From Rebecca billardiae RCC1528 (Eukaryota; Protista; Haptophyta), in assembly GCA_965240325.2 (NCBI GenBank), contig OZ251238.1:1426001-1490000 (forward strand): 64,000 nucleotides of DNA, given 5' to 3'. The notes under the pieces were generated by a model. It worked only from the letters and a program-made list of their open reading frames with translations. It had not been told where the DNA came from and did no database searches. Positions 54,822 to 64,000 of this stretch are shown here, in pieces (position 1 is the stretch's first letter; each line of letters begins with the position of its first letter). The position numbers and the translations under genes were made by a program.

Positions 54822-55523
54822 TCAGCCGTCAATGACAGCGCCGCCGCCACGCCGCCGCCGCAGCAGCCGCAGCAGCCGCAGCCGTTTCACTACAGCGAGG
54901 CTGAGCTGCAGACGGCCGCGGCGGCGCACGGCGCGCACGACACGCTCGCGGACTTCGTCGTCGCGACGCGGCAGGTCGCCGCCAAGGCCGCCGAGCTGCG
55001 CGGCGCGTGCGCCGGGGCGAGCTTCGCCGGCGCTGACCCGGAGGCCAAGCTGGCTCGGCTGGCGGACTCGCTCGCGCGCACCTCGGCCACGCTTGACGAC
55101 TGGTTCGCGTCGGGCGCGGGCGCGCGCGCGCGCGCGGGCAAGTGGGCCGCGGCGTCGCTGCCCGCGCCCGCGCTCGAGGCGGCGGCGCGCGCGCTCGCGC
55201 GAGAGGCGCTCTCAGTGCCGTGGTATGCGGCCGTGCTCGCGCTGAGCGAGGCCGCGCGCGCGGACAAGGAGGGCGCGCGCACGCGCGGCTTCAAGCTGGT
55301 CAAGGCGCGCTCGCACGTGCGGCGCGCGCGCGAGATCTGCGCGGACGCGCGCGCGCGCACCGCGGGCGCCGAGGGCGGCGCCGCCGCCGCGCCGTGGCCC
55401 GCCGAGCTCGCATCGAAGGAGGAGGAGCTAGCGCAGGCCGAGGCGCGCATCGTCGCGGAGGTGGGCGCGGGCGGCGCCGAGACCGAGTCTGCACTCGCCG
55501 ACGAGCTCGACGACGCGGTGTAG
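50112..55523 (+). CDS. Large type-I membrane protein: signal peptide, C2-like domain, TM helix, coiled coil, poly-Pro tract, helical C-terminal domain
   Basis: C2-like TLCVSRAEGLPDAD, SDVF, NALAPAW and FFDSDVF. TM WVVAAAVAACSAVLLLVLCALGCAL; PPPPPPPPPPP tract. Confidence 0.65.
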
Positions 55524-56108
55524 CAGCCGCTGCTAGCCTGCGCCTGTGGCGGGGTCGATCGATCGAGCACTTCGAGCGCAGGAGGGCTGACGATCCGCGG
55601 GCCATGATGATGATGCCGACTCGGACTCAACCGTCTACGGCGCGGTCGTACTGTCCGTAGTTACAGTAGTGAGTAATAACTAATATATATATACGACTGT
55701 ATATATAGTACATCAGTATTACTCACGGCGTCGTCATAGCAGCAGTCGTAGTCGCGTATATATAGTTGCTGATGACGCGATATCTAGACGCGAGTCTCCG
55801 GATCGTCGGATGATCGTAGTCATCCGCGTGCGCTATACGTCAATATCGTCGTCATCATCATATATATATATATCGATATACGACAGAGGCGGCGCGGCAT
55901 CAGTCGGTCGCGTTGTAAGCTACTGCTGCTGCTGCTATGCTCGTCGGCCCCGAGTCCTGCTCGGTCGTCCCGGCGGTCGTCTGCGCGAGACCGGCAGCCT
56001 GAGCCGGGGCCCGCCGGGGGCCACGGCCGGGCAGAGGCCGACGCCGAAATAATATGCGGCGGCATGCCAGCGCGGCGCAATTACGCGGCGCGCGGCGGCG
56101 CACACTAA

Positions 56109-56581
56109 GGGCCGTTCTTCACCCCGCCGCGAGCAATTCGGCGAAATGCGGCGAGTGCATTTCTTGTAATTGCGGGCATGCAGCCATCATGGATTCGTCG
56201 AATCGCCGTGACCCGGCGACCCCTGTTTGCAAATTCGCCGACGAACCCACAAAACAGGGGCCTGACAATGCTGCGGCGTCTGGGTTCGGCGAAAGTTGAG
56301 TTTACATATATATACGAATCCGTATTCACATCCCAACTTTCGTCGCGAATCGGTCGATCGAGATCCTATTGAGATCGATGGTCCGTCGATTTTGGGCGCG
56401 GCGCTGGAGTTTTTTTCCCTCGCGATCAAAACACAATCTTCGAGGAATCAATTATTTAAATCCGAATCGAGCGAGGGGGCTCAAGTGAACGGCCCGTTGG
56501 CGAGCGCCTCCGAAAATCGATTCGCCGAACGACTTTGCCGCGATAATTTTTTCGCGCGGCGGGGTGAACGAAGAACGGCCC
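56109..56581. mobile_element. MITE, PIF/Harbinger (Tourist)-like
   Basis: TIRs GGGCCGTTCTTC-ACCCCGCCGCG, with a 4-nt insertion in the right copy. Flanks TAA and TAC. Internal TTCGGCGA/TTCGCCGA repeats; non-coding. Confidence 0.75.
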
Positions 56582-56630
56582 TACTATTATAAGAGTTGCA
56601 CATTCACTGCTGATCTGGCGACGAATAATT

Positions 56631-58323
56631 GACAGGTTGCACGGAAAAATGACCGCCCGCGACTGACAGATGTTACATTCCCAGTGGACGCGACCTGTCC
56701 ACCCGTCTTTCGGTACATGGCGCCGTCGCCGTGCGCTCGGAAGCGGCGCGCGCTCTCGCGCGCTGCACGATGCCCGCTGTTGCGGGTGCAGCGCGCCACT
56801 CCGCGCCTCGATCGGCCTCTTCCTGCTTGAGTAGCATGTACCGAAAGTCAACCACCCTTGAGCTCCAATCGCGACATCGCGCAGCCGCGCGGCACGTTCA
56901 CGTGGCATCTGAGTCGCAGAGGGCAGCAGAGCAGGCCGTCTCAGCCTGGAAGAGTTCCAGGCCCGGTGTGAAGAGAGGTAGCAATGCAAGGTGGATACGT
57001 GCCATGCACATCGCAGTCTGGCCGCACACGACGTTCGCAGCCTACGACTCGCGCGTGCGTGCTTGCGCTCGGCCACGTCCATGCATCAGCTGTGCATGCA
57101 TTGGATGGAGCGCGCGCGCGACTGGTCTTGCACATCACGTTGCGCAGCAACAGTCGCGGGGGGAGACACGCGACACTCATAGAATGCGACAACCTTGCAA
57201 TGTTCATCCAGCGCGTGTTGGTGAGGGTCGAAAAGCTGGCGGCGGCTACCTCTCAATCGCTCGGTTGCACTTGATGGTGCATGCGCGCCGGCCGGAGCGC
57301 TGAAGTGTCAGAGTCGTGGCATGCTCGAGGCTCTTGGATGAGGAGACGGCCGCTACGCAGTCTATCTATGTCGTCAGCATGAAGAACGGCATCCACGCAC
57401 GACGCCTCTCGAACGCACACGTGCTTCCGCGCTGTGACACGCATCGACAAGAACTGCTCGGCAGGCTGACGAGGCACCACGCCTCACTCACGCCCAAGAA
57501 CAGCAGGGCGAGTGCTAAGGAGCGGGCGAAGGAAGCTGTCACTCGCTGCGGCAAGGACGCTCTTACTGTACGAATGGTCAGTGAGCCCTACATAGCCTTC
57601 TTTGTCTCGCGTGAGCGCAGCACCAAGGGTGAGGCGCGAGGTGTTGCGCAGACGGTCGCACAGGCTCACGTAGACAGCTCGATGGTGATCATCGAAAGCT
57701 TCTATCGAGTGTTCAGATGCAGAGCGCGTGCGTACACCGAGCAGGAGCTGACGACCTACATGCTATCATGCCACGCGTGGATCTCCCCGCCGGCCCACAA
57801 GTCGCTGACGACTTACTGTCGAACTCGAATGCTCGCGCGCGGCACTGCTGGCGAAGGCTGCACTCGTCGACGAGCTCGGTCCGATCATGACGGTTTGCCA
57901 TACTGCGCGTGGTGACGGGCGTTGGCGGGCTCGAGGCGGATGGCGCGGGCGGTGTGAAGCAGATAGAGCCGGGCGTGTGCGCTCGCTCCGAGACGCGTCG
58001 AAGGGAGGACTGTCTCCAGCTGCCTGATGATCCTGGTCGAGAGGGTGATGCTGCTGTGGCTTTGCCGTCTCATCACGCGACGTGTGCTGGGATGATGACA
58101 GTCACTGCCGACGGCGAGGGTGTCCCGGCTGTGCTAGCTCAAGGGATGTAGCGCACGCGGACAAGTCCTGACGACACGCGCATTCAGCTAGTCATCATGC
58201 GGGGCTGCATCGACACGCGAGGCGCGCGCCACCCACGAGCGGCGAGTGGGCGGGCGCCATCCTTCAGCTAGGCGCCGTCTCTGAGAAATGTAACACCAAG
58301 GACAGTTTCCTGCGCAACCTGTC
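56631..58323. mobile_element. Decayed TIR DNA transposon flanked by AATT
   Basis: Ends GACAGGTTGC and GCAACCTGTC, with inverted GGAAA and TGTTACATT blocks further in. AATT at 56627-56630 and 58324-58327. Only fragmented ORFs inside. Confidence 0.7.
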
Positions 58324-58470
58324 AATTCGTCATCCGCGGCCGAACACGCGCGACTGCGCGAATAATATACTTAAATTATATATATATATATGCTGAAATA
58401 TTTTGCAGCATGTAGTGTATACATATATGTATATGTAACAGACGATATGTATATATATATATATACTATA

Positions 58471-61400
58471 TGATGTTTATTCCGCCTTACCAGTTCCCCG
58501 GTCACGCAGGGGCTTATCACAGTGTCCCTGCGGACGTCGTCAGCAGCGTCGTCCGTGCGGACGAGCGGGCGGTGCGGGAGTCGTCCGACACGGGTCACAA
58601 GTCAACGTCAAGGGCAAACGGCGGCCACCAGTAAACTGATAGGCCGGTCGTTAGACCAATAGCGCCGGGGGAAAACGTATATACGTAACCGGCGGCTTGC
58701 GTTCGCCTGCGGGCAGCGGCGAAAGCAATAGGATTAGGGGCCGAGCGCGCTCGCGCTGGTTCAGGGAGGGCAGGTACGACAGCGAGTAGTACCTGGGACT
58801 CGACCTCTCCTGGCGGTTGGATCCAAGCGCCTGGAAAGGAAAAGAAATCGTGCACGGAGGAAATTCGGGATTAATACAACACCCCCCCTCGACATCATGC
58901 CGAAGGCGGCGGAGGTGGTGGAACAGCATGCAGTATCGCCACGACGTGCTTGAGAAAAGTACTCGTCGCGGTAGCCTTGGTCATGATGTCGGACCGGTTG
59001 TCGTCGGTCGACACCTTCTGGATCAGCACGGCGCCGTCGGCTTGCGCGCGCCGCGTGAAATGGTACTTCACGTCAATGTGCTTGGTGCGCTTGTGGTGCA
59101 CCGGGTTGTTCGTCAAATCGATCGTGCCCTGGTTATCCTCGTAGATCACCGTCGTGGGCTCCACGACCGGCTCGTTCAAAAACGTGACCAGGTCGCGCAG
59201 GTAGATCACCTCGCGGCAGCACTCGCTCAGCGCGATGTACTCCGCCTCGCACGTAGACAACGCGACCACGCTCTGCAGTCCGCTGTGCCACGAGATCGGA
59301 ACCCCGTTGTACATAACAAGGTATCCCGTCGTAGAACGTCGATCTTCACGATCGTTCGCCCAGTCCGAGTCCGCGTACGCCACCAAATCAGGGTGTTGTG
59401 CGTGCGTCGCGTGCCGGAAGAGGATGCCGCGCCGACGCGTGCCGAGCAAGTATCGGAGCGTGCGCTTCGCGGCGGTCAAGTCGTAGAGCCGGGGATTGGA
59501 CATCCGGCGTGCCAGCATGTTCACAGCGTGTGCGATGTCGGGGCGACACGTCGTCATGCAGTACATGAGGGCACCGGTCATCTCCTGGTAGTGCTGGCGG
59601 TCAGCGCGCAGCAGGAGGGCTTGCAGCGGGCGGGGGATCTCGCGCGTCTCGCTGCACTCGGGGGTCGGTGGGTGGCGCTCTCCACTCAGGTGGAAGCGCT
59701 CGCACACATCACCGGTGTACTGGTTCAGGTGGGTAAAAAGTCCGTCCACCGTGGTCTCAAATTCGGCGCCAAGGAACTTGCTCAGGCAGTCCGCGCCCTG
59801 CATCTCGTAGTGCGTCAGCAACGCCGTCATCAGCGCGTCCAACGCGTTCTTGTCCTTCGAGATGTTCATCATCAGCAGATCGTCGACAAAGTGACCGACG
59901 AACACGTAGCCGCCATCGACTGCCTTCGAGTAGATGCACGGCGCGCTCGGGCACGGCTCGAACCCATGTTCGAGCAAACACTTACGCAAGTGTAGGTACC
60001 ACACGCGCCCGGCCTGGCGCATGCCTGGGAGCGCCTTCACAAACTTCGCGACCACCTTCGAGCCGAGCGGCGTCGAGCTCTTCGGGGTGTAGCCAGGCGG
60101 GAGCGGTGTCATCACCTCCTCGCCCTCCGGCAGGTCGCTGTTCAGGTATGCGTGCCGCACGTCGGCGGGTCGCATCTCCACGATCTTGGCGCTCGCCGCG
60201 TCCGTCATCGAGACGCCTTTGGCCTTGAGCGCGACCGCGAGCATCAGCCGCAGCTGTTCTGGTCGTATCGTCGGGGCGAACACCTCATTGAAGTCGATGC
60301 CCTCGCGCTGGCGGAACCCCTGGGTTACCAGCCGCGCCTTGAACTTGATCACTTCGCCATCGGGAAGCGTCTTCACGTCGAACACCCACTTGACAGGAAT
60401 CGTCCTCGTGTTGTCCGGCACAATCACCTCGAAGAACGTGTGTCTCACGCCGTGCGCGTCGAGGTGGTCGTGGCAGGCCTGCATCCAGAACTTGGCCTCG
60501 GGCGACTTCATCGCCTCGTCCCACGTCGTGGGGATGGTGATCGGCACACCATTCATCCGCGCGATCGTCGTCGCAGCGAATGCCTCGAAGCTGTTCTCCT
60601 TGGTAGGTTCCTCGCCCGCGGCCTGGAACGCTGCCTCGGTCACAGCCTGCACCGTCTGCGCGGCGGGTCTGCTCCGCCTCGCTCGGTCTCGTCGCATCGG
60701 GTCGTAGTCGCGCGGCAGCTCGGGCGCCGCGGACTCACCAGCTCGTGCGTCGTCATCGCCTCCGGCGTCATCGCCGTCGGCGCTCGGTCGCGCAGCTTCG
60801 CTCGCCGCGCCACCGTCGTCATGAGCAGCAGCGCCGCCGTCATCGGCCGCGCCGTCCTCAATCTCAAAATGCTCGTCGCCCTCGCCGGTGAGCTCGCCGT
60901 CAGCGGCGTCTCCCAGCTCAGTCTCGGGCTCGGCACTGTCATCGCTGGTCGCGAACGGAGTGTGCCTCCCCTCGACCAGCGACCGCTCATCAATGATGTA
61001 CACGTCCTTTGAGTGTATCACCTGCTGCTGCCCGTCATCGAGCAGCACCTCGCGCCCAGTCCAGCTGTCCTCTCGTGAGGATGTTCGGGGCGCTCGCAGC
61101 ATCGGCCTCAGCGGATGCCGTGAAGGGTATGGATCGTCTCCTTTCCCATCATCATCGAGCTCGTGCTCGACGTTGTCGATCACGAGGACCATCCAGGCCC
61201 CCGCCGCGGTGTCGTCACCGCAAGTCGTGCCACACGCGGGCACGTCAATGCTCGCGCGGTTCGTACCGCGCGTGCAGCCGCCCTGCAGGCGGAGGACATT
61301 CGAGGTTGCGTAACGGATGTCCTTCTGGTAGTCACCGAACTCGTACACCACGCCGTGCGTGGGCATCTGGTTCGTCTGCGCGCTTTCACTCGGCTGCTCA

Positions 61401-61929
61401 ATGCAGAGCGCGCTGCACGCGAGCATCATTGCCCGCGCGTTCGTCGCGACACCCGCGACGCTGCGACCGGTTGGGTGGGCCATGCCCGGTGGTACGTGGG
61501 TTCACACGCGTGAGCTCATGATGTTTATTCCGCCTTACCAGTTCCCCGGTCACGCAGGGGCTTATCACAGTGTCCCTGCGGACGTCGTCAGCAGCGTCGT
61601 CCGTGCGGACGAGCGGGCGGTGCGGGAGTCGTCCGACACGGGTCACAAGTCAACGTCAAGGGCAAACGGCGGCCACCAGTAAACTGATAGGCCGGTCGTT
61701 AGACCAATAGCGCCGGGGGAAAACGTATATACGTAACCGGCGGCTTGCGTTCGCCTGCGGGCAGCGGCGAAAGCAATAGGATTAGGGGCCGAGCGCGCTC
61801 GCGCTGGTTCAGGGAGGGCAGGTACGACAGCGAGTAGTACCTGGGACTCGACCTCTCCTGGCGGTTGGATCCAAGCGCCTGGAAAGGAAAAGAAATCGTG
61901 CACGGAGGAAATTCGGGATTAATACAACA
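58471..61929 (-). mobile_element. Ty1/copia LTR retrotransposon, internally deleted (3459 bp)
   Basis: 411-bp LTRs at 58471-58881 and 61519-61929 with TG...CA ends. TSD CTATA at 58466-58470 and 61930-61934. Polypurine tract next to the 3' LTR. Confidence 0.97.
58895..61483 (-). CDS. Copia-type reverse transcriptase plus RNase H, without gag, protease or integrase core
   Basis: VKWVF, FKARLV.QGF.Q..GIDF, FVDDLL, RPDIAHAV, YADSDWA, ALSTCEAEY, EDNQG and RTKHIDVKYHF. Confidence 0.95.
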   Translation of the reverse strand: MAHPTGRSVAGVATNARAMMLACSALCIEQPSESAQTNQMPTHGVVYEFGDYQKDIRYATSNVLRLQGGCTRGTNRASIDVPACGTTCGDDTAAGAWMVLVIDNVEHELDDDGKGDDPYPSRHPLRPMLRAPRTSSREDSWTGREVLLDDGQQQVIHSKDVYIIDERSLVEGRHTPFATSDDSAEPETELGDAADGELTGEGDEHFEIEDGAADDGGAAAHDDGGAASEAARPSADGDDAGGDDDARAGESAAPELPRDYDPMRRDRARRSRPAAQTVQAVTEAAFQAAGEEPTKENSFEAFAATTIARMNGVPITIPTTWDEAMKSPEAKFWMQACHDHLDAHGVRHTFFEVIVPDNTRTIPVKWVFDVKTLPDGEVIKFKARLVTQGFRQREGIDFNEVFAPTIRPEQLRLMLAVALKAKGVSMTDAASAKIVEMRPADVRHAYLNSDLPEGEEVMTPLPPGYTPKSSTPLGSKVVAKFVKALPGMRQAGRVWYLHLRKCLLEHGFEPCPSAPCIYSKAVDGGYVFVGHFVDDLLMMNISKDKNALDALMTALLTHYEMQGADCLSKFLGAEFETTVDGLFTHLNQYTGDVCERFHLSGERHPPTPECSETREIPRPLQALLLRADRQHYQEMTGALMYCMTTCRPDIAHAVNMLARRMSNPRLYDLTAAKRTLRYLLGTRRRGILFRHATHAQHPDLVAYADSDWANDREDRRSTTGYLVMYNGVPISWHSGLQSVVALSTCEAEYIALSECCREVIYLRDLVTFLNEPVVEPTTVIYEDNQGTIDLTNNPVHHKRTKHIDVKYHFTRRAQADGAVLIQKVSTDDNRSDIMTKATATSTFLKHVVAILHAVPPPPPPSA

Positions 61930-62050
61930 CTATACACACACACACTCTACGCGTTATGTATAATAATTGAAAGGGATCGATTGTCGTCGCGGCGTCGATG
62001 ACGTACGGATGATATATCGAATATATCCTGCTGCCGAAAGAATCCCTTGA

Positions 62051-64000
62051 TCAGAGCGAGACCCACTTTTTGGATGCGTTGAAGTGGAACGTCTTCCGGC
62101 CCAGCACCGCGCCGTGCGAGGGCGCGTAGTAGGCCGGGCCGGGCGCGCGGCCGGCTGCGCCGAGCGCGGGCGCGGCGGCGGCGGCGGCGGGCGGGCGGCG
62201 CGCGCGGACGGGAGGTGAGCCTTTGCTTTTTGAATTCAAAAGGGCCCCGTGATGGTCTTTGGCGGCCGCGCGCGCGCGCTGGCCGCCCGGCCGGCTGGCC
62301 GCGAGCGAGGGCGGCGCCGTGGCTGGGCATGATGCGCCGCGCGGCGCGGCGCGCACCGTCTGGGCCCGCAGCCGTCCTGCTCACGCCGCTCATGAAGACG
62401 CTCGACGAGATCGCCGCCTCCTCGTCCACGCCGCGGAGCGTCTTGTGCCCGGAGGCGGTGGGCGCGTTGCGCGTGTCATACGCGCCCGGCCCCGGCGTGC
62501 CTTGGAGCATCACCCGCGAGTGGCGCTGCACCGGGTGGCCGAAGCGGTCCTGTGTGCGCGCGGCGGCGCGAGAGGGCGGCAGGCGGGGCGATCACGGCGC
62601 GCGGCGGGCGAGCACGGGCGTGTGAGGGCGGGACTTGAGAGCGCGCGCGAGCCGCGCCGCGCGGCGGCAGGCGCGACGGCCACGAGCCGCGCGGCGGCGG
62701 GCGGGCCGGGGCGCGCGGCGCAGCGGCCGCGTGTCGCCGCGACCGCGCCCCGGCCCGGCCGCCGGGGCGGGGCCGCGGCGGCCGGGCCGCACGGCGGCCG
62801 GGCGCGCACGCGCGGCCCCGCCGCCGTGCGCGCTCGGCCGCTGGCGCCGGCGCCCGGACCGTGCCGCCGCCTCGGCAGGGCGCGGCGCGCGCGCGGCGCG
62901 GGCGCCGGCGAGCGGGCGGCGGCGCGCGCGGGCGCGGGCGCGCAGGCAGTCTGTTGCACGAACCGTGTTTCCAAATCGAAAGACGTGAGAAGGCCCGGCG
63001 GCGGCGTTCTTTGCGTAGGCGTCGGTGACCACCTGGGGTGCGTACGTGCCGGGCCCTGGCGTCACCGCCGCCGCGAGCGCCGGAGGCACGCCGCCGCCCG
63101 CGCCCACGCCCACCGCGCCGCCGTTCGGCGGCGGCGGCGCACTCGAGACGCCGAGTGTGATTTCTCTCGGAAGCTTTGGCGCGGCTGAGTTCGGCTCGGA
63201 GAGCGTGCGCGCCACGCCGGAGGCGAATGGCGCGCTCGGCCCGCGGTGGAAGCCGTCGCGCCCGGACGCGCCGTGCGCCGGCCGCGGGTCGTACGCGCCT
63301 GCGCACGGCGGCGCAGCGCGGTGCGGCGCACGCGCGCGTCGGCCGTCGTCGCCGGTGGGTGCGCCGTGGGCAGCCGGCGCTGTAACCGCATCTGTAACCG
63401 CATCTGTAACCGCATCTGTAACCGCCAACAGGGGCGGGCGCGCGCGCGACGCACCTGGTCCGGGCGCGTCGCGTCCGGAGAGGAGCGCGGCGCCCGTCGC
63501 CGCCGCGAGCGTCGAGTTGGGCGGCGGGAAGCGCGGGTTGGTGGACGCGAACACGTGGCTCTGCTGCTGCGCGCGGCCGGGGCCGTGCGCGCCGCGGCCG
63601 GGCGCGGCCGCGGCCGCCGCCTCGCCGAGCGGCGGGGTTGGGTCGTAGCTGCCCGGACCCGGCAGCGGCCTGCTGTCGGCGCCGTCGGGGCGGAGCGCGC
63701 GCCCGCCCTTCGCCGGCTGGAACGGCCGCGACACCGCGCGCGCGTCCGAGCCCGTCGCCTTGTAGCGGTGCGAATCGTAATTGCCAGGTCCAGGGCTGGC
63801 TCGCGCGCCGGCGGCGGCGGGCGCGGTGCGGCGCGAGCGCGAGGCGAAGCCGACGCCGTAGCCGCGCTTGCCGATGGAGGGCGCGGAGCGGAGCACCGTC
63901 GAGCCCCCCGCGTCGTACGCGCCCGGCCCAGGCGCGTCGCTCACGCTGTCGAGCGAGAAGCGGCTTGCCTGCGAGCCGAAACCCTCGCGCGCGCGAGTGT
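62051..64000 (-). CDS. SHIPPO-repeat (PGPGxY) protein, ODF3/STPG-like flagellar protein; multi-exon, 5' end outside the window
   Basis: Repeated PGPGAY, PGPGNY, PGPGSY, PGPGTY and APGPAYY motifs across minus-strand frames, separated by GC-rich introns. Confidence 0.85.
63380..63425. repeat. 12-bp tandem repeat CTGTAACCGCAT, about 3.8 copies, probably intronic
   Basis: Direct reading of the sequence. Confidence 0.9.

Overview
Very GC-rich eukaryotic nuclear DNA with short GT-AG introns rich in GCGC runs. It is most consistent with a haptophyte alga, probably Pavlovales (Diacronema/Pavlova-like); this is inferred from composition and gene content. The window holds about 22 protein genes, mostly in divergent pairs separated by AT-richer spacers. 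They include beta-tubulin, RPA1, prenylcysteine oxidase, a PP2C, a GT31, LRR proteins, two XK-related paralogues and a SHIPPO-repeat protein. The main candidate for an undescribed system is a compact four-gene metabolic cluster at 20862-30778, built as two head-to-head pairs. Pair 1 is an aldo-keto reductase fused to a 2-deoxy-scyllo-inosose-synthase (BtrC)-like sugar-phosphate cyclase, facing a WrbA-flavodoxin/ABM/ThuA triple fusion. Pair 2 is a polyol/inositol-type MFS transporter facing an extended SDR epimerase/dehydratase. The cluster is a plausible pathway for a deoxy-cyclitol osmolyte (quercitol or cyclohexanetetrol) and is bracketed by the two XK paralogues. Not visible in the ORF track are an ER thioredoxin/PDI-like selenoprotein with three in-frame TGA codons (G-U-G-U-U) and a non-canonical SECIS, and an RPA1 with a duplicated N-terminal OB fold. 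Mobile elements are a young internally deleted copia LTR element and three TIR-bounded non-autonomous DNA elements, one with CACAGTG ends.
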